From NCBI GenBank assembly GCA_004431415.1, contig QPMI01000056.1, forward strand, positions 372,001 to 436,000: a DNA stretch of 64,000 bases, in the 5' to 3' direction. Positions 24,151 through 39,000 of the stretch are shown here, in pieces. The translations under genes and the position numbers were made by a program. The notes under the pieces are model-generated. The model was not told the DNA's origin. It was given only the letters and a program-made list of their open reading frames with translations, and did not search any database. The stretch is from Cyanophora paradoxa CCMP329 (Eukaryota > Plantae > Glaucophyta). Position 1 is the first letter of the stretch. Each line of letters opens with the position of its first letter.

Positions 24151-25885
24151 CAGAGAGCCTTCTCATCGCTTCGGCGATCGCTAGGCCCTGGTACCGAGTA
24201 CTCCGGGGCGATCGCTAGCGCGAACCGTCGGACGACGGACGCGGCGCCGGCGATCGCTTGAAAAAGGCCCCGGCCCGATCCGAGCCCATGGCCGGCGGGC
24301 ATAGTGAACATAGTGCCAAAATGTCGCCCCGAAAACACGTTTTTTAGCAGGATCGGAAGACAGCGCGCCCAGGCAGGTCCGAGGGGCGGTTCCGGGACGG
24401 ACCTACTGGCTCAGAGCTGCTTGCGCTGGGCCCGCCGGGCGACGCCATAGTTGAGAGCTCGAGTCCCTGCGCGCCGCCTTACAGCTGCCGAGGATGGGGC
24501 GACGGCTGCAGAATTCGAAGATGAGTACCTCGGACAAGCGAAAGCGTGTAGCTAGCGCGCCGCCGGCGCCGCGGGTGAGCCGATGAAGCAAGCGATGTGT
24601 ACTCCTCGCGTGCGCGGGCGCGGCGAAGACGCCTGCGGGTCGGGCGTGGCGCCGCGGGGCTGAGCACGGCGTGCGCGCGGACAGTGTCGGGCACCAGCGC
24701 AGCCCGCGCACCGCAGACACTTCAGATGCGCGCAAGAGACGATGATGTAAAGCTAGCCGCCGTGAAAGCCTGACGGCAGATGAGCTGGCCGTGAAGGAAA
24801 GAATGCGCGGCGGTTGGCTGCGTGAGAGCGGACCGGAAGGGATGCGACGCGACCCGCGCCGTTGTAGTCTGACATAACGGAGGTGTGTGTAGGCGAAACG
24901 AGGGCGTCCCGCGTCCAGCGAAGCCTCCCGAACAGCGCGCGCCACACACACGCGGCGGCCCACCGCCAGCGAAGCCGTCGTGGTCTCGAAAGCTCTGAAG
25001 CCGTACGGAGAGGTAAGTGAGGGCGCGAAGAACGACATCAAAGACCGAGGATACCAGATCTCTTTGTGACGGCGATGGCGGACGCCCTGCTTAACGCCGG
25101 GCTGGACGCGCTTATAGAGCTGGCGAAAGCGGAACTCGACGATGACGATGATGAAGAACACGAGTGTGATGCTATGGTCGAGGAGGAGGCCGTGGCTGTA
25201 GTCGGGTGTAGCAGCCAAGGCGGCGGAGCTTCTGGCGCAGGCGAGGCGGTCGCCTGCCACAAGTAAGACGCAGTACGCAGGTCAGAAGCGAAATGGCCGA
25301 CCAAGGCAAGCCTGGAAGCTCGAACGACAGGAACGGTGCTTGCTGCTCTTCTGGCGGCCGAAACGGGTCGGGAACTTGATTAAACATGGCTGCGGTCTAT
25401 CAAAATGCGCCTCCAATGCTCTATTTAGCGCGCAGGAGCTGCGGGAGCTGCGTCTCGCTCTCAGAACGGGTACAGGAACGCTTTCGTTTACTCTACCCCT
25501 GCTCGAGTTCTCCCCGAGTCAGCAACAGTCACGAGTTCTCCCAACATCGTCCGCGCCCCGGCTTCGAAGAAGATACAGCGATTTCACAAAGCATTTAACA
25601 CACTTTCACCAAGTTTCACGTGGGAAGAACGTGCTCGATCGCGCCGCCCAGGCAAGCACCAGGCACGGGGGGTGGAAGCACTGCCTGGATACTGGCTTTC
25701 GCCCATTCATCCGTGTTTCAGCGATCGCTTGGCCAATGAGAAGGCTGTGGACGTCAAGCCCGCGGCGACCGTTAGAACTGAGAACACAGAGCGATCGCCG
25801 GCCCAGCAGCTCTTTGTTAGAGATCGGATCCGCTGGGTATGGCGCCGAACACAAAGCGATCGCCGAGCAATGAGAAGGCTCTATG
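24151..25885. mobile_element. Element B copy
   Basis: Both TIRs present. Confidence 0.75.
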
Positions 25886-26695
25886 CGCGGGGCAGAGATG
25901 TAGCGATCGCATTGAATAGAGAATCTCTATGCGAGCATGCCCACAGCGCTACGGAGGCGGGCACGCACTGCAGCGTTGGCGTTGGCTGGTGCGACGAACT
26001 TGAAGCAGCTCCTGCGCAAGCGATCGCCGGTCTCAGAGTAGAGCTCGAGCTTCAGATTCATGCGATACTGAACCCTTACCCGTTCATTCTGGACGTGACG
26101 CGGAGATCAATCCTATCATCGGGGTAATTGATCTAAATTTCTGTTAGCAATGCCACGTGCTGACTAGTACTCGGAGGCCCGTAAGTTGGCCCATCCATTG
26201 GCCCGGACCGTTGGCGTCCGTCGCCGTAACGGCCGCCCTCCAGGAGACTGTTAATGACGCCATTATGACGTACGATGATACTTGACGCAGAATGGACCAA
26301 TCGCGCAACGCCGGCCAAGCGTTTTTTCTCGCCGTCTAAAAATTCGTGGGCCGACTGATTTTCCCCGCCATGAGGCGGTTTGGGGGTACACCCTCCGGGC
26401 GTGTCGACATCTCATCATAAGCCGGAGCACGCCGCGATGGGCGCCCGAGCGCTGGGAGCAACGCATATGTGAGCCTCTCTCTTAGTGTGCGACCGTACGA
26501 AGTGCAAACTAGCTCCCTATGCGCCTGGAGCACTTTTTCAGCAATCCTGCGAAGTCCGCTGGGGAGCCGACATCGACGTTCGACAGCGCAAGCCGATCTG
26601 TATGAGCGGCCTGTGAGCGAATCCCTCGCTCCCGCGGTGCCTCAGCCGCGCGGACTCGATCTTGGCGGACCACGAGCGACGACGGCGCCCCCGGT

Positions 26696-26890
26696 ATGCC
26701 GGTACGAGGCCTAGCTGGTGCGCATGGATTGCCCTGCGACAAGTTACGAAGGGCGTCGCGCGTATGCGCCTCCCTGACCCGCGTGACCGCAGAGTTCCTG
26801 AGGGACCGCGGTCTCCTCCGGACCGATTCGATAGAGGCGTTGCGAGGCACCTCTATAGGTGCGGCCTGGCATTTTCCTCTTTAGACGTTC
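26696..26890 (+). pseudogene. MKT1: MKT1 exons 1-2 only (b1)
   Basis: Same junction as at 9973. Confidence 0.85.
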
Positions 26891-28276
26891 TCTCCGAACG
26901 ACAGGAACGGTGCTTGCTGCTCTTCTGGCGGCCGAAACGGGTCGGGAACTTGATTAAACATGGCTGCGGTCTATCAAAATGCGCCTCCAATGCTCTATTT
27001 AGCGCGCAGGAGCTGCGGGAGCTGCGTCTCGCTCTCAGAACGGGTACAGGAACGCTTTCGTTTACTCTACCCCTGCTCGAGTTCTCCCCGAGTCAGCAAC
27101 AGTCACGAGTTCTCCCAACATCGTCCGCGCCCCGGCTTCGAAGAAGATACAGCGATTTCACAAAGCATTTAACACACTTTCACCAAGTTTCACGTGGGAA
27201 GAACGTGCTCGATCGCGCCGCCCAGGCAAGCACCAGGCACGGGGGTGGAAGCACTGCCTGGATACTGGCTTTCGCCCATTCATCCGTGTTCAGCGATCGC
27301 TTGGCCAATGAGAAGGCTGTGGACGTCAAGCCCGCGGCGACCGTTAGAACTGAGAACACAGAAGCGATCGCCGGCCCAGCAGCTCTTTGTTAGAGATCGG
27401 ATCCGCTGGGTATGGCGCCGAACACAAAGCGATCGCCGAGCAATGAGAAGGCTCTATGCGCGGGCAGAGATGTAGCGATCGCATTGAATAGAGAATCTCT
27501 ATGCGAGCATGCCCACAGCGCTACGGGAGGCGGCACGCACTGCAGGCGTTGGCGTTGGCTGGTGCGACGAACTTGAAGCAGCTCCTGCGCAAGCGATCGC
27601 CGTCTCAGAGTAGAGCTCGAGCTTCAGATTCATGCGATACTGAACCCTTACCCGTTCATTCTGGACGGTGACGCGGAGATCAATCCTATCATCGGGGTAA
27701 TTGATCTAAATTTCTGTTAGCAATGGCCACGTGCTGACTAGTACTCGGAGGCCCGTAAGTTGGCCCATCCATTGGCCCGGACCGTTGGCGTCCGTCGCCG
27801 TAACGGCCGCCCTCCAGGAGACTGTTAATGACGCCATTATGACGGTACCGATGATACTTGACGCAGAATGGACCAATCGCGCAACGCCGGCCAAGCGTTT
27901 TTTCTCGCCGTCTAAAAATTCGTGGGCCGACTGATTTTCCCCGCCATGAGGCCGGTTTGGGGGGTACACCCTCCGGGCGTGTCGACATCTCATCATAAGC
28001 CGGAGCACGCCGCGATGGGCGCCCGAGCGCTGGGAGCAACGCATATGTGAGCCTCTCTCTTAGTGTGCGACCGTACGAAGTGCAAACTAGCTCCCTATGC
28101 GCCTGGAGCACTTTTTCAGCAATCCTGCGAAGTCCGCTGGGGGAGCCGACATCGACGTTCGACAGCGCAAGCCGATCTGTATGAGCGGCCTGTGAGCGAA
28201 TCCCTCGCTCCCGGCGGTGCCTCAGCCGCGCGGACTCGATCTTGGCGGACCACGAGCGACCGACGGCGCCCCCGGT

Positions 28277-30447
28277 ATGCCGGTACGAGGCCTAGCTGGT
28301 GCGCATGGATTGCCCTGCGACAAGTTACGAAGGGCGTCGCGCGTATGCGCCTCCCTGACCCGCGTGACCGCAGAGTTCCTGAGGGACCGCGGTCTCCTCC
28401 GGACCGATTCGATAGAGGCGTTGCGAGGCACCTCTATAGGTGCGGCCTGGCATTTTCCTCTTTAGACGTTCGTCCTGGGTGCCGAAATACGAAGCACGGC
28501 TTGCAGGCATCGATGGCTACGTTTGGCTTCGGAAGCTCCAAATCCGGGAGCCGCTGCGAGAAGCGACGGGCGACGGTGCGACCCGCCGTGGTGTCCTCGT
28601 CGCCTCCCGTTCCGCGGCGGATCGAATCGCGCGTGCGTGCATGCGTGCAGGTCGCAGGCGCTGCCGGTCGCGCTTTCGGAGCAGCTTCGGGTGTTCGAGG
28701 AGGCGGGAATCAAGCCCTGCTTCGTGTTTGCGGGGCTGAACATCCCGCGGAAGGAGCGCCGTTCACGCAGCCCGACGATCGGCTGGCGGCTCGGCAGCGC
28801 GCCTGGCAGGAGCACGCGGCCAACAACCTCCGGGCCGCAGTGGCGCTCTTCTCGCAGTCCGGTGCGGCCCGCGCTTGCCTGCCGCCCACCCGCTGCGCCG
28901 CTGACGTTCGCCGTCAGCTTCGGCCGCGGTGGTATCCCTGATCTCGTCGCTGACGTGATTCGATTCCTGCGGGTCGCAATGCCGACGCGATCCGCGCGCC
29001 GTACCTCAGCTGGGCCCAGGTTCGCCGCCTTCCCCCCTTTCACCTCGCCTCGCCCGCACCGAGCGCCGCCGCAGCTGGGTACATGGAGGGCGACGACGTG
29101 CGGATGGTGGACGGGGTACACGCGCAGCTGGAAGTTCTGCTCTTTGGCGCCCGCCGCGTCATCGTCTCGCTCGACCTGGCGGTACCCTGCCCGACCTTCC
29201 CCCCCCCGTCCTCGCTCACCGATCGCCTCGTAGGAGGGTACCTTCGAGTGGGTCGACCGCGACACGGTGCTGGCAGCCGCTGGCGCCTCCGCGGATCAAT
29301 TTCTGGACGCCTGCCTTCTCTCCGGATTCGATTTCCTGGCACGTTCCGCCCCTCGCGGGACACCCCCCTCCACCGTCCTCCCCGGTGCCCTTCTTCCCCC
29401 ACCGCACCGGCACCCCGGTACCCCCGACCGCGCTGACGTACCCCCCAGCCGCGATCGACCTCGTCCTGAGGTACCGAACGGGGTACGGCGCCGTGCGGGC
29501 CATGATGGGCGGCAACGGGCCCTCCTCCCCCGGACCGGTACAGTCCACAGCCCTCTCCCAAAACCGTCCTTTTAACGTCGTACCCCCCCTCAAAATAGCG
29601 GCGGGACACGTACACGGACCAGTTCCTGCGGGCGCGGGCGCTGGTCCAACACCACGTGGTCCTCGAGCCCTCGGCGCGCGGCCCTCAACGCGCGCTCGCC
29701 CCCGCGTGCGCCCCACCGTACCCTCCTCCGAGCCTGAAACCAGAACTAGCGCTCCTTCCACTTTAGGACACAGGACTCCCCTAGCCTTCCCCTCTCTCGA
29801 CCTCGCCCCGCCCCCTGCCTAGCGCTCTTGACCTCGCTCTTCTCGTTCCCCCACCGGACCCGCCCCATCCGCCTAGAACTAGAACTAGGGCAAGGGACCC
29901 GCTCTGCGGCTCGCCCTCGTCCTGGCTCCCCAGCCTAGCCAGCCCCTCGGCCTCTTTCCCCTCCCCCCACCCCCTCCCCCCCCCCCTTCACCCCCCTCCA
30001 CGTACAGGGACCTGGACGAGGTGCTGGGCCCGCGGCTGCCGACGAGCTCTTCCACCTCCTCGCCGCCGGCTGCCTCGAGGTGATTGATCCTTACTGTTTG
30101 ATTTTGATGCAACATTACGTTACCTTCTAACGTTACGACCTTCTAACGTTACGACATACCTAAGACCTTTAATCTTTTGATCTTTAATGAGACCTAAGAC
30201 TTTAGACGCCGCCGCGGCCGGCTGCCTCGAGGTGATCCATCCCTGGACCTCCAACCTCGCCTCATCCACGCCTCGCCCCTCATCTCCTGGCGCCGCTCAC
30301 GCTCCCGCCCCTCCTCCTCCCTCGCCCGCCCTCCCGCAGGCGTCGCTGCTGAGCGCGCTGGTGCTCGGCATGGACCGGGAGTTGCCCCCCCCCGTCGACT
30401 CCGAGGCCTACCGCCGCGCCTCCGCCGGTGAGTCAAGCATCTAGATA
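28277..30447 (+). pseudogene. MKT1: 3'-truncated MKT1 copy (b2)
   Basis: Same junction as at 441 and 13540. Confidence 0.88.
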
Positions 30448-33234
30448 GTGAACATAGTGCCAAAATGTCGCCCCGAAAACACGTTTTTTAGCAGGATCGG
30501 AAGACAGCGCGCCCAGGCAGGTCCGAGGGGCGGTTCCGGGACGGACCTACTGGCTCAGAGCTGCTTGCGCTGGGCCCGCCGGGCGACGCCATAGTTGAGA
30601 GCTCGAGTCCCTGCGCGCCGCCTTACAGCTGCCGAGGATGGGGCGACGGCTGCAGAATTCGAAGATGAGTACCTCGGACAAGCGAAAGCGTGTAGCTAGC
30701 GCGCCGCCGGCGCCGCGGGTGAGCCGATGAAGCAAGCGATGTGTACTCCTCGCGTGCGCGGGCGCGGCGAAGACGCCTGCGGGTCGGGCGTGGCGCCGCG
30801 GGCTGAGCACGGCGTGCGCGCGGCAGTGCGCATGCGCAGCGGACGGAATTCGCGCGCTGCATGCATGGCCGGGCGCGCGGAAGTTCCTTTTTTTCCTATT
30901 CTTCCCCCCTGCGCTTCTCCCCCCTGTTCATTCCCCCCCTAAGTTAGCCACCGTGGCTAACTTGCGATCGAAGGGTACAGAGTTCGGCCTCGTGAAATTG
31001 ATCTCATACAAAACCAACGATGTCGTAGAACCCTAGACTATAGCTGCATGCGGAATCAGGCTATCTGCAGTCCTACAAAAGCCTTGCACCGCTGCAGTAG
31101 CCCTTTTGCCTGCTCTTCGTTCGCGAAGATGTCAGGACGCCCGCGCGGGGCGCGCGGAACCACTCTGTGGACGTGACCACAAATGGTGCGCATGCTGTCG
31201 GATCGCGCAGGTGGTGGCCACTGCACACCACCCGACCCCAGCGCGCGCGGGAGAACAGGACCTCCAGGACCCGGTCGACCCAACACTTCGCTTTGAATGT
31301 AGACCCGGCGGTCGTGCGCAGCCCGTTGTTACTTTTGCAAGCGTCTCGACTCGAGCGCCACCTAACAGCATATTGAGAGCAGAATCGCAAGATAAGTGCA
31401 GTAAGAAATGCACCGAGCTCAAGAATTGCAATTGCTTCAAAGCATTGAGCTCGTCCAGGGTCCGATCCGGCAGTCAGGGGCGGGAGCTCGACGCTGGCGG
31501 CCGGCTCGTCGTCGTCGAAGAGGGCCGCCTGTGTAGGGCGGCCCAGCCCCTGGCGCCCTGTGAACGAAGAAGCAAAGGAGAGAGCCGCTCAGGACTCGGA
31601 AAGTAAAGAAGCTCAGAGGAAAGACGCTCGCCTTGTCGGAGTCCGCCCCTCCCCCGCACCCCGGAGTCGGCTTGACGTTGTAGTTCTCGAGGAGGGGGCG
31701 GACGGCGCCGGGGTACATGAGGACCGCCTGCCGCAGAGGGCGCGGCGAGGGCCGCGGCAGAGGGCGGGGCGGCGCCGGCGAGGCGGGGTCCAGCGTGTGC
31801 GAGAAGAGGCGCCGGAGGACCTGCCGCGCTTCAGTCTTAGAGGAGATTCGGAGGGCGCAGGGCACCGGCTCGTCGACGGGCGCGGCGCCGCCGTCCCGCG
31901 CCACGCGCATGAGCGCGTACGCTGCGAGCCCGGCTCGGCGCCAGGAAAAAAGGGGGGAGGCTAAGTGGGGGTACCCGAGGAGTTGAGGGCGATGGGGAGG
32001 AAGAGGGCGGCTCCCGCCTCGAGAGGGCGGCTCCCGCACGAACGAGGCGGAGCGCCCGGGGAGCGCCGGCGCCGCCACCAGCTCCAGAAGGAACTTGTAC
32101 TCCCTGAAGAAAAATGAGGTGGGGGGGGGGGGGGAGGGGGGGGGGGGGGGAAGGTTATGGGGTACCTGGCGCGGAGGGCGAAGTAGTCGATGCACTGGAG
32201 CACCCCCATCAGGTCACTGTCGGGGTCCAGCGCAAGCAGCAGCTTGGCCGTCTCTGGAGGTACGACGTTCGGTTCGAATCCGAGTAGGGGGGAAGCGGTC
32301 GAGGGGGTACCGAGGGAGGTGCGGGAGCAGCCGCCGCGAATGAGCATCTGCAGGCGCCGGAAGACCAGGCCCTGGGGGTGGCGGGGTGAGTCCGGAGGAG
32401 GGTACAGGTTATCCTCGGGGTACAACGGTTCTCTGCGCACTTGTTCTCCATGACTGCGAAGTCGAGGCGGCAGGCGCCGCTCGCCGGCTTGAACTGCGGG
32501 TGCCTGCCGGGGACGGAGCTCAAAACCAAGTGAACGAACTGCAGCGCAACGCATCCTCCGCCCCGCCGCGCCCGTGCCCGCGCCCCGCCCGCACCAGGCT
32601 GCCTCGAGGCAGTAGAGGGCGCGGTCGAGGAGCTCGGTCGCCGCGTCCAGCTCGCCACTGTACTTGTAGATCTGAGGCCGGCCCGCCGGCTTCAGGCCCC
32701 GGGCCAGGCTTCGTGTGCTCGGGGGTTCGTGTGCTCGGGGAGGGCGGGCCCGGGGCCCGGGGCAGGCCGGGGAGGGGCGGGGCCAGGGGGAGGGCGGGCC
32801 CGGGCCCGGGGCGGGGCCGGGGAGGGGCGCGCCCGGGGCCCGGGCGGGGCCGGGGGAGAGGCGGGGCTGGGAGAGGGGCGGGGCCGGGGGGAGGGGCGGG
32901 CCGGGGGAGGCGGAAGGGCGGGGCGGGGCCCTCCGAAGAGGGGCTGGGAGAGGGGAAGGAGGTCCACGTCCTCTCTTCCCCCCGAAGAGGGCACTCCGGG
33001 GGTAGGGAGGTCCGCCTCCTCTCTCCGGGGTCAGCATGCTGCGGAGACGGCATAAGACACCGAAAACCAGCGATCGCTTGGCCAATGAGAAGGCTGTGGA
33101 CGTCAAGCCCGCGGCGACCGTTAGAACTGAGAACACAGAAGCGATCGCCGGCCCAGCAGCTCTTTGTTAGAGATCGGATCCGCTGGTATGGCGCCGAACA
33201 CAAAGCGATCGCCGAGCAATGAGAAGGCTCTATG
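30445..33234. mobile_element. Element A, left-truncated (b2); contains TCF25 fragment 31487-32671
   Basis: Same as 439-3244. Confidence 0.7.
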
Positions 33235-33534
33235 CGCGGGGCAGAGATGTAGCGATCGCATTGAATAGAGAATCTCTATGCGAGCATGCCCACAGCGCTA
33301 CGGGAGGCGGGCACGCACTGCAGGCGTTGGCGTTGGCTGGTGCGACGAACTTGAAGCAGCTCCTGCGCAAGCGATCGCCGGTCTATGCGCGGGGCAGAGA
33401 TGTAGCGATCGCATTGAATAGAGAATCTCTATGCGAGCATGCCCACAGCGCTACGGAGGCGGGCACGCACTGCAGGCGTTGGCGTTGGCTGGTGCGACGA
33501 ACTTGAAGCAGCTCCTGCGCAAGCGATCGCCGGT

Positions 33535-35266
33535 CAGAGAGCCTTCTCATCGCTTCGGCGATCGCTAGGCCCTGGTACCGAGTACTCCGGGGCGATCGCT
33601 AGCGCGAACCGTCGGACGACGGACGCGGCGCCGGCGATCGCTTGAAAAAGGCCCCGGCCCGATCCGAGCCCATGGCCGGCGGGCATAGTGAACATAGTGC
33701 CAAAATGTCGCCCGAAAACACGTTTTTTAGCAGGATCGGAAGACAGCGCGCCCAGGCAGGTCCGAGGGCGGTTCCGGGACGGACCTACTGGCTCAGAGCT
33801 GCTTGCGCTGGGCCCGCCGGGCGACGCCATAGTTGAGAGCTCGAGTCCCTGCGCGCCGCCTTACAGCTGCCGAGGATGGGGCGACGGCTGCAGAATTCGA
33901 AGATGAGTACCTCGGACAAGCGAAAGCGTGTAGCTAGCGCGCCGCCGGCGCCGCGGTGAGCCGATGAAGCAAGCGATGTGTACTCCTCGCGTGCGCGGGC
34001 GCGGCGAAGACGCCTGCGGGTCGGGCGTGGCGCCGCGGGGCTGAGCACGGCGTGCGCGCGGACAGTGTCGGGCACCAGCGCAGCCCGCGCACCGCAGACA
34101 CTTCAGATGCGCGCAAGAGACGATGATGTAAAGCTAGCCGCCGTGAAAGCCTGACGGCAGATGAGCTGGCCGTGAAGGAAAGAATGCGCGGCGGTTGGCT
34201 GCGTGAGAGCGGACCGGAAGGGATGCGACGCGACCCGCGCCGTTGTAGTCTGACATAACGGAGGTGTGTGTAGGCGAAACGAGGGCGTCCCGCGTCCAGC
34301 GAAGCCTCCCGAACAGCGCGCGCCACACACACGCGGCGGCCCACCGCCAGCGAAGCCGTCGTGGTCTCGAAAGCTCTGAAGCCGTACGGAGAGGTAAGTG
34401 AGGGCGCGAAGAACGACATCAAAGACCGAGGATACCAGATCTCTTTGTGACGGCGATGGCGGACGCCCTGCTTAACGCCGGGCTGGACGCGCTTATAGAG
34501 CTGGCGAAAGCGGAACTCGACGATGACGATGATGAAGAACACGAGTGTGATGCTATGGTCGAGGAGGAGGCCGTGGCTGTAGTCGGGTGTAGCAGCCAAG
34601 GCGGCGGAGCTTCTGGCGCAGGCGAGGCGGTCGCCTGCCACAAGTAAGACGCAGTACGCAGGTCAGAAGCGAAATGGCCGACCAAGGCAAGCCTGGAAGC
34701 TCGAACGACAGGAACGGTGCTTGCTGCTCTTCTGGCGGCCGAAACGGGTCGGGAACTTGATTAAACATGGCTGCGGTCTATCAAAATGCGCCTCCAATGC
34801 TCTATTTAGCGCGCAGGAGCTGCGGGAGCTGCGTCTCGCTCTCAGAACGGGTACAGGAACGCTTTCGTTTACTCTACCCCTGCTCGAGTTCTCCCCGAGT
34901 CAGCAACAGTCACGAGTTCTCCCAACATCGTCCGCGCCCCGGCTTCGAAGAAGATACAGCGATTTCACAAAGCATTTAACACACTTTCACCAAGTTTCAC
35001 GTGGGAAGAACGTGCTCGATCGCGCCGCCCAGGCAAGCACCAGGCACGGGGGGTGGAAGCACTGCCTGGATACTGGCTTTCGCCCATTCATCCGTGTTCA
35101 GCGATCGCTTGGCCAATGAGAAGGCTGTGGACGTCAAGCCCGCGGCGACCGTTAGAACTGAGAACACAGAAGCGATCGCCGGCCCAGCAGCTCTTTGTTA
35201 GAGATCGGATCCGCTGGGTATGGCGCCGAACACAAAGCGATCGCCGAGCAATGAGAAGGCTCTATG
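33535..35266. mobile_element. Element B copy
   Basis: Both TIRs present. Confidence 0.75.
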
Positions 35267-36087
35267 CGCGGGGCAGAGATGTAGCGATCGCATTGAATAG
35301 AGAATCTCTATGCGAGCATGCCCACAGCGCTACGGGAGGCGGGCACGCACTGCAGGCGTTGGCGTTGGCTGGTGCGACGAACTTGAAGCAGCTCCTGCGC
35401 AAGCGATCGCCGGTCTCAGAGTAGAGCTCGAGCTTCAGATTCATGCGATACTGAACCCTTACCCGTTCATTCTGGACGGTGACGCGGAGATCAATCCTAT
35501 CATCGGGGTAATTGATCTAAATTTCTGTTAGCAATGGCCACGTGCTGACTAGTACTCGGAGGCCCGTAAGTTGGCCCATCCATTGGCCCGGACCGTTGGC
35601 GTCCGTCGCCGTAACGGCCGCCCTCCCAGGAGACTGTTAATGACGCCATTATGACGGTACCGATGATACTTGACGCAGAATGGACCAATCGCGCAACGCC
35701 GGCCAAGCGTTTTTTCTCGCCGTCTAAAAATTCGTGGGCCGACTGATTTTCCCCGCCATGAGGCCGGTTTGGGGGTACACCCTCCGGGCGTGTCGACATC
35801 TCATCATAAGCCGGAGCACGCCGCGATGGGCGCCCGAGCGCTGGGAGCAACGCATATGTGAGCCTCTCTCTTAGTGTGCGACCGTACGAAGTGCAAACTA
35901 GCTCCCTATGCGCCTGGAGCACTTTTTCAGCAATCCTGCGAAGTCCGCTGGGGGAGCCGACATCGACGTTCGACAGCGCAAGCCGATCTGTATGAGCGGC
36001 CTGTGAGCGAATCCCTCGCTCCCGGCGGTGCCTCAGCCGCGCGGACTCGATCTTGGCGGACCACGAGCGACCGACGGCGCCCCCGGT

Positions 36088-39000
36088 ATGCCGGTACGAG
36101 GCCTAGCTGGTGCGCATGGATTGCCCTGCGACAAGTTACGAAGGGCGTCGCGCGTATGCGCCTCCCTGACCCGCGTGACCGCAGAGTTCCTGAGGGACCG
36201 CGGTCTCCTCCGGACCGATTCGATAGAGGCGTTGCGAGGCACCTCTATAGGTGCGGCCTGGCATTTTCCTCTTTAGACGTTCGTCCTGGGTGCCGAAATA
36301 CGAAGCACGGCTTGCAGGCATCGATGGCTACGTTTGGCTTCGGAAGCTCCAAATCCGGGAGCCGCTGCGAGAAGCGACGGGCGACGGGTGCGACCCGCCG
36401 TGGTGTCCTCGTCGCCTCCCGTTCCGCGGCGGATCGAATCGCGCGTGCGTGCATGCGTGCAGGTCGCAGGCGCTGCCGGTCGCGCTTTCGGAGCAGCTTC
36501 GGGTGTTCGAGGAGGCGGGAATCAAGCCCTGCTTCGTGTTTGCGGGCTGAACATCCCGCGGAAGGAGCGCCCGTTCACGCAGCCCGACGATCGGCTGGCG
36601 GCTCGGCAGCGCGCCTGGCAGGAGCACGCGGCCAACAACCTCCGGGCCGCAGTGGCGCTCTTCTCGCAGTCCGGTGCGGCCCGCGCTTGCCTGCCCGCCC
36701 ACCCGCTGCGCCGCTGACGTTCGCCGTCAGCTTCGGCCGCGGTGGTATCCCCTGATCTCGTCGCTGACGTGATTCGATTCCTGCGGGTCGCAATGCCGAC
36801 GCGATCCGCGCGCCGTACCTCAGCTGGGCCCAGGTTCGCCGCCTTCCCCCCCTTTCACCTCGCCTCGCCCGCACCGAGCGCCGCCGCAGCTGGGGTACAT
36901 GGAGGGCGACGACGTGCGGATGGTGGACGGGGTACACGCGCAGCTGGAAGTTCTGCTCTTTGGCGCCCGCCGCGTCATCGTCTCGCTCGACCTGGCGGTA
37001 CCCTGCCCGACCTTCCCCCCCCCGTCCCTCGCTCACCGATCGCCTCGTAGGAGGGTACCTTCGAGTGGTCGACCGCGACACGGTGCTGGCAGCCGCTGGC
37101 GCCTCCGCGGATCAATTTCTGGACGCCTGCCTTCTCTCCGGATTCGATTTCCTGGGCACGTTCCCGCCCCTCGCGGGACACCCCCCCTCCACCGTCCTCC
37201 CCGGTGCCCTTCTTCCCCCCACCGCACCGGCACCCCGGTACCCCCCGACCGCGCTGACGTACCCCCAGCCGCGATCGACCTCGTCCTGAGGTACCGAACG
37301 GGGTACGGCGCCGTGCGGGCCATGATGGGCGGCAACGGGCCCTCCTCCCCCGGACCGGTACAGTCCACAGCCCTCTCCCAAAACCGTCCTTTTAACGTCG
37401 TACCCCCCACCTCAAAATAGCGGCGGGACACGTACACGGACCAGTTCCTGCGGGCGCGGGCGCTGGTCCAACACCACGTGGTCCTCGAGCCCTCGGGCGC
37501 GCGGCCCCTCAACGCCGCGCTCGCCCCCGCGTGCGCCCCACCGTACCCTCCTCCGAGCCTGAAACCAGAACTAGCGCTCCTTCCACTTTAGGACACAGGA
37601 CTCCCCTAGCCTTCCCCCTCTCTCGACCTCGCCCCGCCCCCTGCCTAGCGGCTCTTGACCTCGCTCTTCTCGTTCCCCCACCGGACCCGCCCCATCCCGC
37701 CTAGAAACTAGAACTAGGGCAAGGGGACCCGCTCTGCGGCTCGCCCCTCGTCCTGGCTCCCCCAGCCTAGCCAGCCCCCTCGGCCTCTTTCCCCTCCCCC
37801 CACCCCCTCCCCCCCCCTCTCACCCCCCTCCACGTACAGGGACCTGGACGAGGTGCTGGGCCCGCGGCTGCCCGACGAGCTCTTCCACCTCTCGCCGCCG
37901 GCTGCCTCGAGGTGATTGATCCTTACTGTTTGATTTTGATGCAACATTACGTTACCTTCTAACGTTACGACCTTCTAACGTTACGACATACCTAAGACCT
38001 TTAATCTTTTGATCTTTAATGAGACCTAAGACTTTAGACGCCGCCGCGGCCGGCTGCCTCGAGGTGATCCATCCCTGGACCTCCAACCTCGCCTCATCCA
38101 CGCCTCGCCCCTCATCTCCTGGCGCCGCTCACGCTCCCGCCCCTCCTCCTCCCTCGCCCGCCCTCCCGCAGGCGTCGCTGCTGAGCGCGCTGGTGCTCGG
38201 CATGGACCGGGAGTTGCCCCCCCCCGTCGACTCCGAGGCCTACCGCCGCGCCTCCGCCGGTGAGTCAAGCATCTAGATACTAGAACAATTAGAACAACGA
38301 GAACAACTAGATACTAGAACAAATAGACGCGCCTCACTCTAGAACAACTAGACTCGACTCCGAGGCCTACCGCCGCGCCTCCGCCGGTGAGTCAAGCATC
38401 TAGATACTAGAACAATTAGAACAACGAGAACAACTAGATACTAGAACAAATAGACGCGCCTCACTCTAGAACAACTAGACTCGACTCCGAGGCCTACCGC
38501 CGCGCCTCCGCCGGTGAGTTAGTTAGTGAGTTGTTGTTGTTGTTGGAGCAACTAGAGCAACTAGATACTAGAACAATTAGAACAGCTAGAAGAACTAGAT
38601 ACTAGAACAAATAGACGCGCCTCCGCCGCGCCTCGATACTAGAACAACTAGACTCGACTCCGAGGCCTACCGCCGCGCCTCCGCCGGTGAGCGAGTGAGT
38701 TGGGAGTTAGTTGGAGCAATCGACACGATCGATACGTTAAAGCCGATCGATACCAGAACAGCCAGCAACTGTTACTAGAACGATAAACGCCTCCTGATCG
38801 CTACTAGAACAGCTAGACGAACAATTAGAGCGTCGGCCCACCTACCGCCGCGCCTCCGCCGGTGCCGCTTGCACCCTCGCCCTCAACCTCCGCCGCACAC
38901 ATCTAGCCGATGAACGACGCTTCCGTCCCGTCCCGTCCTGACCCCGGCCCGGCCCCTCCTCTGCAGACTCGCTGACGATCCGGGCGACGGCGCTGGCGGC

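Noticed and set aside
13300-33200. Copy-specific frameshifts as evidence of divergence or programmed variation
   Set aside because: They are almost all single-base indels, mostly in homopolymers and clustered by region, which is the signature of unpolished long-read consensus.
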